The notes beneath the pieces are model-generated. The model worked only from the letters and a program-made list of their open reading frames with translations. It did not search any database and was not told the origin of the DNA. From an uncultured Candidatus Saccharibacteria bacterium (GTDB taxonomy: Bacteria; Patescibacteriota; SOKK01), in the NCBI GenBank assembly GCA_964518965.1, contig CAZFJP010000002.1, positions 7,795 through 71,794 of the forward strand: DNA of 64,000 bases. Direction: 5' to 3'. This document shows, one piece after another, positions 19,015 through 27,325 of this stretch. The translations under genes were made by a program, and so were the position numbers. Every line of letters starts with the position of its first letter. Within the stretch, counting starts at the first letter, position 1.

Positions 19015-20163
19015 TTATCCATTAATTACTCCGCCACCCAAAACCTCGCTTCCCCGGTAAAAAACCACTGACTGACCGGGAGTAATTGACTTTTGAGCAT
19101 AACGAAAAGAGACCTTAAAATGTTTCGGATGAAGAGTACGACTAACTAAAGCCTCCACTGATTGATGTTGATAACGAATCTTCGCCTTTACCTCTAATGG
19201 TAGTTTCGGCACCGTACCGGAGATCCAGTGAACACTCTCGGCAATCAAATTCTGTTTCAACAAATCTTCCTCTTTCTCCGAAACAAACAAAGCGTTATTC
19301 TTTTGGTCAATTCTAACTACATAATACGGCTTTGTGTCCGGAATGTCCAGATTCTTGCGCTGACCAACAGTGTAATAAATTAATCCCTCGTGAACTCCAA
19401 GACGCTTTCCCTTCAAATCAAAAATCGGACCGCGTTGTACTTGTTCTAACAACTGCTTTTTCAAAAATGATCCCTTATTTTTCCTAATAAAACATAAATC
19501 CTGACTCTCTTTTTGGTTTTTCTCCAAAGGTAATTGATGCTTCTTAGCAAAACGATGTGTCTGTTCTTTAGTGTATTCACCAAGAGGAAAAAGAATATGC
19601 GCCAATTGATCCTGATTCAAGCGATAGAGAAAGTAAGATTGATCTTTTTCCGCATCAATACCCCGTAAAAGATGAAAAAACCCATTCTGGTCACAAACAA
19701 CACGCGCATAATGACCAGTAGCTAAATAATCCGCACCCATTGCCAATGCTTTTTTTAATAAAACACCAAATTTGATAAATTCATTACAAACAATACAGGG
19801 ATTTGGAGTTCTCCCTTTCAATTCCTGGCGGAGGAAATCGTTTACTACCGTTGCCTTAAATTCTTCTCGGAAATCCATCACGTAAAAAGGAACTGCTAAC
19901 TTTTCCGCTACCGCCTGTGCCCGATACTCCGACTCAAGTGAACAACAACGATTTTCTTTCCGTTCCTTCCCGAGGTCAAAAGACTTTTTAGCATTCTCGC
20001 TTTCCTCTTTGGGAAGAATCGATTCGTCCGCATCAAACCAAAAGCGCATAAAAACTCCAAAGACATCATAGCCTTGGTCTTTCAGAAGCGCTGCAGCAAC
20101 CGAAGAATCTACCCCTCCTGACAATGCTACACAAACCCTCAATTTCCGATTTAAGGAATTCAT
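19015..20163 (-). CDS. mnmA: tRNA-specific 2-thiouridylase MnmA
   Basis: 382 aa; N-terminal PP-loop SGGVDSSVAA and a conserved MnmA core. Confidence 0.9.
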   Translation of the reverse strand: MNSLNRKLRVCVALSGGVDSSVAAALLKDQGYDVFGVFMRFWFDADESILPKEESENAKKSFDLGKERKENRCCSLESEYRAQAVAEKLAVPFYVMDFREEFKATVVNDFLRQELKGRTPNPCIVCNEFIKFGVLLKKALAMGADYLATGHYARVVCDQNGFFHLLRGIDAEKDQSYFLYRLNQDQLAHILFPLGEYTKEQTHRFAKKHQLPLEKNQKESQDLCFIRKNKGSFLKKQLLEQVQRGPIFDLKGKRLGVHEGLIYYTVGQRKNLDIPDTKPYYVVRIDQKNNALFVSEKEEDLLKQNLIAESVHWISGTVPKLPLEVKAKIRYQHQSVEALVSRTLHPKHFKVSFRYAQKSITPGQSVVFYRGSEVLGGGVING

Positions 20164-20412
20164 AACAACTTCATTTTAACACAAAAATCCATCAAAAAAA
20201 CGAATGTACTCCGAAGAACTGAAACTTTACCAGGCAAGATCATGTAAACCCTTTGCAACCCAATGGAGTTCACAATAAAAGACGGCTTTAACCCGTCTCT
20301 GTTTCTAATTTTCTACATTCTATACTTCCTACATTTTCTCTCACCATAGCAGGATCTTCCAAATGAAGTTCGTTATGCAGACTACTCTGCAGAATAAATT
20401 CTGACCTCTTTA

Positions 20413-20489
20413 TGGCGGGGACGACGAGACTCGAACTCGCGACCTCGTGCGTGACAGGCACGCGCTCTAACCAGCTGAGCTACGCCCCC
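20413..20489 (-). tRNA. tRNA-Asp (anticodon GTC)
   Basis: Acceptor GGGGGCG/CGTCCCC, anticodon stem CGTGC/GCACG, loop CTGTCAC, CCA encoded. Confidence 0.85.
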
Positions 20490-20512
20490 GGCAAAAAGTT
20501 AAAAACATGAAC

Positions 20513-20755
20513 CTAAAGAAAGATTTGAATATTCTTCAAGATCGCCTTCCCATATCCCGATTTCCAATATTTTTCTCTAGCACGTGCGGAAGATCGATCT
20601 AAGCATTTCTCAACATAAATTATCTTAAATCTTCCTTTATTTTTTGTCGATTTTACTCTTCCCTTCTTATGTTCAGAGATTCTCTCCTCCAAACCATCCG
20701 TCATTCCAACATAAATTTCATTATCAATAAACTTCAAAGCATAAACTACATACAT
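20513..20755 (-). CDS. GIY-YIG domain nuclease (small, homing-endonuclease-like)
   Basis: 80 aa MYVVYALKFIDNEIYVGMTDGLEERISEHKK... giving the GIY-YIG (here YVVY / YVGMT) plus R and E catalytic motifs. Confidence 0.75.
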   Translation of the reverse strand: MYVVYALKFIDNEIYVGMTDGLEERISEHKKGRVKSTKNKGRFKIIYVEKCLDRSSARAREKYWKSGYGKAILKNIQIFL

Positions 20756-20775
20756 TATAGCCCCTTATCTATAAT

Positions 20776-20830
20776 TCTAAACGGGCACGCGCTCCCTGCC
20801 TGCCGGCAGGCAGGTAACCAGCTGAGCTAC
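20776..20830 (-). pseudogene. truncated duplicate of the tRNA-Asp 5' half, interrupted by a 20-nt GC palindrome
   Basis: GGGGGACGTAGCTCAGCTGGTTA + [CCTGCCTGCCGGCAGGCAGG] + GAGCGCGTGCCC matches the tRNA-Asp acceptor/D-arm/anticodon-stem 5' strand and then stops at the GIY-YIG gene. Confidence 0.65.
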
Positions 20831-20919
20831 GTCCCCCAGGGGAAACTTAAAAATTAAAAAGTGAAATGCAAAACAATATAAAAGTCCCTTCTTTTTTCTA
20901 GATACCAGTAATAACTAAA

Positions 20920-21954
20920 CTATTTTACATATTTATGAATATTCATACTCTCCCTCTGTTCTTTCATCCAATCATTGAAATCCCGAAATTTCACTAAGAT
21001 ATAATAAGTCGCACGTTTAGCACCTTTAATATCAGTAACCAAGAAAATTGCATAACCAGTCTTGATTTTAACAATTTCGCTAAAACGATTCTTTTTGAGA
21101 GAAAATACTGCTTCATCTAAAGCAAGATCGTCTTTTTGGCCTTTTCTAATCAAACCAAGATAACCCCCCGCAGCAGAAGTAGTTTTATCTTCGCTATATT
21201 TCTTAGCCATTTTAGCAAAATTGGCACCATTTTTAAGACGATTTAAAATATCTTCTGCCTTCGCTTTTTCCCGCTCATTAACCATATCATCAGTGGTCAC
21301 TTTTTCCTCCAACTTCTTCCTTAAAAGATACATCTTTAACCGGTCTTTGAATTCCCTGACTGACCACTTGTAATAGTCACTTAAAATTTCCTTCACCTTT
21401 ACTTCCCCCCCACTCTGCTCCACAATTTTAGAGTATTCAGAATTAACTTCTTTATCGTTAACCGAAACACCAAATTGCTTCGCTTTGATTTTAACAATTT
21501 CATCATCAATCATTTGATTTAGAACTTCTTCTTTAACACGATTAATCTGCTCCTTACCACTTTCAGTATCAAAATTCACTCCTTGTAATTTACAATAATA
21601 GTGTTTGGTAGATTCTACCGAATCGCGATATTTATAAAATGTAACTAGGCGGTAATTAACCAACGCAGCAGGATAAGGAATGATTCTTGAAACCCACTTG
21701 GTCGTGGAATTATTCCAATCGTAGCGATAAATACCAACACCAACCACAATTAAAAAGACAATCAAAGCAACCAAGAAAACTAAAACAATTTTACTGATCA
21801 ATTTTAAACTGATTTGTTTCTTTCCTACTTTTACCGACTTCCGACGCGGAATCTGAATCCGGCTAGGATTTTTCACTTTAAATAATCGTTCAACTTTTTT
21901 CTGAAGTACTCGCGTGCGACTGGCTCTTAGTCGCGACTTTTTTCTCAAAACCAT
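20920..21954 (-). CDS. membrane-anchored PpiC-type (parvulin) peptidyl-prolyl isomerase, PrsA/SurA-like
   Basis: 344 aa with an N-terminal TM; C-terminal parvulin motif ...FAKMAKKYSED...GGYLG... Confidence 0.7.
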   Translation of the reverse strand: MVLRKKSRLRASRTRVLQKKVERLFKVKNPSRIQIPRRKSVKVGKKQISLKLISKIVLVFLVALIVFLIVVGVGIYRYDWNNSTTKWVSRIIPYPAALVNYRLVTFYKYRDSVESTKHYYCKLQGVNFDTESGKEQINRVKEEVLNQMIDDEIVKIKAKQFGVSVNDKEVNSEYSKIVEQSGGEVKVKEILSDYYKWSVREFKDRLKMYLLRKKLEEKVTTDDMVNEREKAKAEDILNRLKNGANFAKMAKKYSEDKTTSAAGGYLGLIRKGQKDDLALDEAVFSLKKNRFSEIVKIKTGYAIFLVTDIKGAKRATYYILVKFRDFNDWMKEQRESMNIHKYVK

Positions 21955-22064
21955 TATAGTTAATTAGAAATTAAGCAACATTGTTATTATATCATAAAAA
22001 CAGTTCCTATAGATGATTTCACAAGGTAATTTCTGAACCACCCCGATGTCGAATTATCTAATCT

Positions 22065-22730
22065 TTATTTTTGTCTTTTACCTTCACTTTTGTTTTTTCG
22101 CATCCTGCGGGATTCCGTTCGCAGGAGACTTTTGTTTTCTGCCTTTACACTTTGAATAAACTGAATTAGTTCCTCTGCAGTCAATTCTTTCTCTCCTTCC
22201 TCACTAACATTTTTTTCTCTGCCAACTAATTTTTCCTGTAAATCTAGAATCCGTTCCTGTACTTTTTGGGGATGAGGAACCATTGATAATTCCAAATTTT
22301 CCTGCGTCCCAGCAGTTTGAATCATGACATTGCCATAATCAAAAGTAGTACCCCAAAAACCTTTGACTTCATAAGTAGCGTCCTGAATACGATCAAAAGT
22401 AGTTTCCGAAACAGAGCGACTGAAAACTCCCTTCTGGTCTATATCAATAATTCGTTTATTTGTTATAATAAAACTGTCATAATAGTAACGGACACTGTGA
22501 TAAATAGCATAGGCGAGGATAAAAGCAAACCAAGCGAGGAAAATAATCAAAAGAACGACATTTCTGAAAATAAAATCAATAAAAACTCCCGGGATAAAGA
22601 TTGCGAGAAATACCTTAATCGCCGGAAGAATTAAAGTAAGCCAGTGTTTGCGGATACGCATTTCAATCCTCTCATCCTTTTCCAGTTCGACTTCAAATTT
22701 CTGCTTTACCCATTTTTGTAAATAACTCAT
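22065..22730 (-). CDS. bacterial PH-domain (bPH_2/DUF304-like) membrane protein
   Basis: 221 aa with two TM helices then an IDIDQKGVFSRSVS... PH-like region; paralog of 31112-31738. Confidence 0.6.
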   Translation of the reverse strand: MSYLQKWVKQKFEVELEKDERIEMRIRKHWLTLILPAIKVFLAIFIPGVFIDFIFRNVVLLIIFLAWFAFILAYAIYHSVRYYYDSFIITNKRIIDIDQKGVFSRSVSETTFDRIQDATYEVKGFWGTTFDYGNVMIQTAGTQENLELSMVPHPQKVQERILDLQEKLVGREKNVSEEGEKELTAEELIQFIQSVKAENKSLLRTESRRMRKNKSEGKRQK

Positions 22731-22970
22731 ATGTTTTCGACAAAGATAAAAAGAAACGTTTGGATTCTTTTAGTAATTTTAGTAATCATCGGTTTAGTCA
22801 CTGCACTTTTTATTCCTCTTGTCGCAGGATACCGTTAAATTAACAATCATTAATTATTCATTAATTGTCCCCTTAGCTCATTCTTTCTACACCAGAATTT
22901 CAACAGACTAGTAACAAGTTCTGACGAAATATCTTCCTAGTTTTCACTTACTAACTTGTAACTTTATTAT

Positions 22971-23047
22971 GTCCCCGTAGCTCAGTTTGGATAGAGCAGA
23001 GGTTTCCTAAACCTCACGCGGGGGTTCGATTCCTCCCGGGGACACCA
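22971..23047 (+). tRNA. tRNA-Arg (anticodon CCT)
   Basis: Acceptor GTCCCCG/CGGGGAC, anticodon loop TTCCTAA, CCA encoded. Confidence 0.85.
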
Positions 23048-23117
23048 AAAATAAAAGCAAAACTACCATTGTTATTTCATTATATCACAAATAGTTTATC
23101 TTTAACCAACAGTAAAA

Positions 23118-23603
23118 ATGGAAAAGGAACGAACATTAGTACTAGTTAAACCAGATGGGGTTCAACGTGGCTTAATCGGCCAGGTTATTAGTCGCTTTGA
23201 AGACGCCGGACTTAAAATTATTGGTTGTAAAATGACCCAAATCAACAAAGCATTTGCTGAAAAACACTATACCGAACATAAGAACAAAGATTTTTTTCCT
23301 AAACTAGTTAACTTTATCACCAGCGGTCCAGTACTTGCAATGGTTATTGAAGGCAATAGCGCTATCAGCAAAGTAAGACAACTGGCGGGATCCACTCTAC
23401 CTAGCGAGGCGCTTCCCGGCACAATCCGCGGCGACTTTGCACACCTGACTCAAGAACGAGGCAACCAAAAAGAATACGGCATCCCCAACCTTGTCCATGC
23501 CTCTGATGAAAAAGCCGGCGCTGCCGAGAGAGAAATCGCGCTTTGGTTCAAACCAGACGAGATTTACACCTACAAACGCTGCGACGAAGAGTTCACGCTT
23601 TAA
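23118..23603 (+). CDS. ndk: nucleoside diphosphate kinase
   Basis: 161 aa; ERTLVLVKPDGVQRGLIG...; NDK active-site region present. Confidence 0.9.
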   Translation: MEKERTLVLVKPDGVQRGLIGQVISRFEDAGLKIIGCKMTQINKAFAEKHYTEHKNKDFFPKLVNFITSGPVLAMVIEGNSAISKVRQLAGSTLPSEALPGTIRGDFAHLTQERGNQKEYGIPNLVHASDEKAGAAEREIALWFKPDEIYTYKRCDEEFTL

Positions 23604-23641
23604 CCAACATCACAAAAAAACGGAGTGTTCCTCTGTTTTTT

Positions 23642-24493
23642 TTATTTAATCTTGATGCTTTGATTAATCTCTATTTCTATCCTTCCCTCTAAATCCGTCC
23701 GTAGTATCTGAATACTAAAATTTTGCAATCGTTCTAAAACTTCCTGGTGCGGATGATTAAAACGATTATCTTTGCCGCAGGAAATAATTGCGATTTGCGG
23801 AGAAACTGCTTGTAAAAACTCTTCGCTAGTAGCACTACGGCTACCATGATGACTGACTTTCAAAACATCAGCTTTAAGATTGGCACTCTGATTAATCAGA
23901 TCATTTTCAATTTCCGATGGTGCATCACCGGTAAATAGAAATGATTTATTTTGATAATCAAGGCGGCAAACAATAGAAGTGCTATTAGTATCTTTAACAG
24001 TTCTTCCAGCCAAATTACTTAGCGGTGCAAGAACCTCCAAACTCACTTGTTCATCAAAAACTCGCTTTTCGCCTTGATAAACATCGTGAAACTTAATCTG
24101 ACTACTGTCAATTAACCTTAGAAACTCAATATAAATAGACGATTGATGACTTACGCCCGTTCCCCAAACTTCATCTACCGAGTATCTTTCTAGGACCGAT
24201 ACTAATCCGCTAACATGATCACTATCAGGATGAGTCAAAATCAAAAGCTCAATCTTGCGATCCCAAAACGGTAGAACTGAACCAATTTCACTCAAAACGC
24301 TTTCATCGGGACCGCCATCAATTAAAATATCATTACCATCGGGGGTGCGAATCAAAGTAGCATCACCCTGTCCAACATTTAAAAAATAAACATGTAAGCT
24401 ATCATCAGAGCGTGAAGCAATTACTGACCATACCAAAACAAAGGCAAAAGCTAATCCTGCCAGAACAATTTTAAGAGATCTTCGATTATCCAT
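23642..24493 (-). CDS. comEC: ComEC C-terminal metallo-beta-lactamase domain (separate ORF; see the split-gene finding)
   Basis: 283 aa with HVYFLNVGQGDATLIRTPDGNDILIDGG and an HPDSDH-like MBL motif. Confidence 0.8.
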   Translation of the reverse strand: MDNRRSLKIVLAGLAFAFVLVWSVIASRSDDSLHVYFLNVGQGDATLIRTPDGNDILIDGGPDESVLSEIGSVLPFWDRKIELLILTHPDSDHVSGLVSVLERYSVDEVWGTGVSHQSSIYIEFLRLIDSSQIKFHDVYQGEKRVFDEQVSLEVLAPLSNLAGRTVKDTNSTSIVCRLDYQNKSFLFTGDAPSEIENDLINQSANLKADVLKVSHHGSRSATSEEFLQAVSPQIAIISCGKDNRFNHPHQEVLERLQNFSIQILRTDLEGRIEIEINQSIKIK

Positions 24494-25955
24494 AAATAAA
24501 ATTATTTTTTTTGCGGGATTTAATTATTACATAAATTATAAGAATTAACAGGTAGTACCCCAACAACATCAACCCAGAAATTTTTTCCAGATTTAGTGAA
24601 GCAAACCTAAATTGAGCAAGGAAATGAATAATTTTAATTACATAATCTAAAATGAGAAAGGTCACAATACCCGTAATTTTTCCTAACATATCAGATAAAA
24701 TAGCAAGTAGATTCGTGAGAAAACCAAAGAGCATCGCATAAGGAATTAGTGGTAGAATTAAAACATTCGCCACAGGTGAAATTAGAGAAAACCGTCCGAA
24801 GTGATAAATAATCAGTGGAATCACCAATACTTGCGCCGAGAGAGTTACCCCTAATGTTTCCCGCAAACTGAAAAAATTAGGCAGCCAAACAAGAATCTTT
24901 GCAAAAAATGGATAGCAATAGATAATACCAATAGTTGCTAAAAAAGATAACTGGAACCCAACATCAAAATTCAAAATTTTAGGGTTAATGAAAAGCATCA
25001 CTGTTGCTGTCAGCACTATACCATTTAAAACACTTTTGAGCCGTCCTGACTTCAACGCCCAGAAAGTTAAAATTCCCATGATTGCCGCCCGTACTACTGC
25101 CGCTTGCCCGCCAACAAAAATAGTAAAGAAAACTAGACCAACTATTACCAGCCAAAAAGAAAATCGTCGCGGCAAAAAACTAAAAATTCCCATTAACAAG
25201 TTAGCGATAATAGTAATGTTCCAGCCAGAAATCGCGATAATATGAGTTAATCCAGTAGTATTAAAATCATTCAGCAATTTTTCCGGAATTGCTTTGCGCG
25301 AGCCAAATAAAAGTCCATTCATAAACGAAGCATGCGGTTCCGGCAGAATCAAATTCATTTTCCCTTCCAAAAAATTTTTCAAACGATAGATAATCCGATA
25401 AAAAATATTTCCTTTACCCCGCTCAATAACTCCAATCGCGGGTTGATAACAAACGCTATAAATATCCTGTAAAGCTAAATAATCACGATAAGAAAAACCT
25501 TCAAAATCTTTTGGTGCTTGCAATTTACCTCTCACTCTAATAACATCGCCGTATTGAAATCGGGGATAAGCAAAAGTAGTAATCAGTACTTTACCTTTCA
25601 AAGAATCACCTCCCAAAATAACTTTTTGATTTCCCTTTTGGACATAGGGATTATTCACAACAATGCCACTAAATTCCCGCTTACCTTGATTATTATAATA
25701 GACAAAACAATCCTGGTTAATCTCGGAGTTATTTTTACTTTGAAAATAAAAAATCCCACCGCAAAAAGAGAGAAAAACGGCAGGAAAAAGGAGAAATTTT
25801 TTATTTAAAAAACAAAATAGGAACAAAATAAAAAGAATAATCAGAGCTACTCCAATTTTAATCCGGAGGTAACGCCCCAGTGCTACTCCCCCGATAAACC
25901 CGAGATTTAAATAGAGGAAGATTTTAGATTTAGTAAAGAAACAGTTAAAGTTCAT
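24486..25955 (-). CDS. comEC: ComEC/Rec2 N-terminal membrane (DUF4131 plus competence channel) portion
   Basis: 489 aa polytopic protein ending 8 nt into the next ORF; an A8 homopolymer sits at the junction. Confidence 0.8.
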   Translation of the reverse strand: MNFNCFFTKSKIFLYLNLGFIGGVALGRYLRIKIGVALIILFILFLFCFLNKKFLLFPAVFLSFCGGIFYFQSKNNSEINQDCFVYYNNQGKREFSGIVVNNPYVQKGNQKVILGGDSLKGKVLITTFAYPRFQYGDVIRVRGKLQAPKDFEGFSYRDYLALQDIYSVCYQPAIGVIERGKGNIFYRIIYRLKNFLEGKMNLILPEPHASFMNGLLFGSRKAIPEKLLNDFNTTGLTHIIAISGWNITIIANLLMGIFSFLPRRFSFWLVIVGLVFFTIFVGGQAAVVRAAIMGILTFWALKSGRLKSVLNGIVLTATVMLFINPKILNFDVGFQLSFLATIGIIYCYPFFAKILVWLPNFFSLRETLGVTLSAQVLVIPLIIYHFGRFSLISPVANVLILPLIPYAMLFGFLTNLLAILSDMLGKITGIVTFLILDYVIKIIHFLAQFRFASLNLEKISGLMLLGYYLLILIIYVIIKSRKKNNFIYG

Positions 25956-26154
25956 AGTCCCTTGATTAGAGTAAAAGCAGACCCCGCCATGCGGCGGGAT
26001 TGATACTCACCCCAAAATGGGACTTGTATCAAAATGCACCAAGTAGGCAAGGGACTAGTTTCCCACTTGGTGCGTACTTAATTTATCATAAGATATTGAG
26101 TTTGGCAAGGGAAAAAGTGATGTAAAAATAATAATCAATGGATAGTGATAAAGG

Positions 26155-26218
26155 TAGAAGACTGAAGGCAGAAAATTGAAACCTTCATTCTTCAGCCTTC
26201 AGACTTCAGCCTTCTTGC
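26155..26218. repeat. CTTCAGCC / GGCTGAAG-type inverted-repeat element (family also at 35048-35082 and 35486-35522)
   Basis: GAAGACTGAAGGCAGAAAATTGAAACCTTCATTCTTCAGCCTTCAGACTTCAGCCTTC. Confidence 0.6.
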
Positions 26219-26239
26219 TTATGATATAATAGATTTGTA

Positions 26240-27127
26240 ATGAAACTAAGTTTCAATCAAAAACTAAGTTTGGTTTATTTGATTTTAGGCATAATCATTT
26301 TGCCTCTTTTAGCACAACCAATTGGTATCCCAAAAGCTTATGCCGCCTCCAAAACTGCCTGGCAGATCACTGATCTTGATAATGCCTCCATTACCACCAC
26401 GCGCTCAATGTTTTTTAACGGCTGGCTTTTTACCTTTAAAGATGCAAATAACACAGAAACCTACGGGGATATCTGGGATTCCGCAAACTCCTATAACGAC
26501 GGTAACACTACCGCTACTGCTCAAAACTTCCGCATTGATATTTCAAGTGGAATGGAATTTCCTAACATTGTTGCCGGTGACACTCTCACCGTCACCGGAG
26601 ATGGAACACCTTCTAATCTCACCATTTATCTTCCTGCCGTTAACACGAATACCACTCTCTATGTTGCTGACGATGGCTCCACTTATTATGACTCTAACCT
26701 TACTAATCTCGCTTATGGCGCACCAGTTGCTATTGATATTGCCCTAGATAGCAATAGTGCTTACAATTTTAGTAGCACCTACGGCTCTCTTGTCCCTGAG
26801 CAAACCTACACCTCACCTGACAACATTCGCAATGTTACGGTTACTTGCAACAGTTCTTTTGGTTGGAAACTCTATGTAAAATCCACTGGCAATTTTACCA
26901 GCGGTGCCAACACAATCAACGTCAATTATCTAGAATGGAAATGGAACGATGAAGAATCAGTCTGGACCGACATGAGCACTACCGATATTGAAGTAAGATC
27001 CAGTAATAACCCAACTAGTGCTTCAGGAGTTACAACCGGAATGGAGTACCGGATTAATGTTCCTTACGGAAATGTTCCTGCTTCAAATTACTCCGCAACA
27101 ATTACCTACACTGCAATTGCACAATAG
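26240..27127 (+). CDS. secreted protein with a WxL-like C-terminal domain (tentative)
   Basis: 295 aa with a signal peptide; the C-terminal ~140 aa (…YTSPDNIRNVTVTCNSSFGWKLYVKSTGNFTSGANTINVNYLEWKW…MEYRINVP…TITYTA) is paralogous to the C-terminus of 27326-28807 and carries a W-x-L motif. Confidence 0.55.
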   Translation: MKLSFNQKLSLVYLILGIIILPLLAQPIGIPKAYAASKTAWQITDLDNASITTTRSMFFNGWLFTFKDANNTETYGDIWDSANSYNDGNTTATAQNFRIDISSGMEFPNIVAGDTLTVTGDGTPSNLTIYLPAVNTNTTLYVADDGSTYYDSNLTNLAYGAPVAIDIALDSNSAYNFSSTYGSLVPEQTYTSPDNIRNVTVTCNSSFGWKLYVKSTGNFTSGANTINVNYLEWKWNDEESVWTDMSTTDIEVRSSNNPTSASGVTTGMEYRINVPYGNVPASNYSATITYTAIAQ

Positions 27128-27206
27128 AATTGTGGATAACTTATCAACAGAAACTTGACAGTCAGTCAAAAATTGTTAAAATAGATAATGAATTGTGGAT
27201 AACTTT
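27127..27206 (+). promoter_or_regulatory. sigma-70-like promoter (TTGACA-16-TAAAAT) bracketed by a duplicated 16-mer GAATTGTGGATAACTT that contains the perfect DnaA-box 9-mer TGTGGATAA
   Basis: 16-mer copies at 27127-27142 and 27190-27205; -35 at 27155-27160 and -10 at 27177-27182; the -35 lies in the palindrome TTGACAGTCAGTCAA. Confidence 0.5.
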
Positions 27207-27325
27207 TGGGAAGGATACACAAGGGGGAGTCAAAAACTACACTTTTTTCCTCCTAGTGTGGTTTTTATTGATACATTAACACTAAATAAAGTTTAGTACA
27301 CAATATACAATCTAACCTACAAAAC

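Noticed and set aside
27130-27205. Chromosomal replication origin (oriC)
   Set aside because: Only two DnaA boxes are present, with no AT-rich DUE and no dnaA or dnaN gene nearby. This is treated as a DnaA-box-containing promoter region instead.
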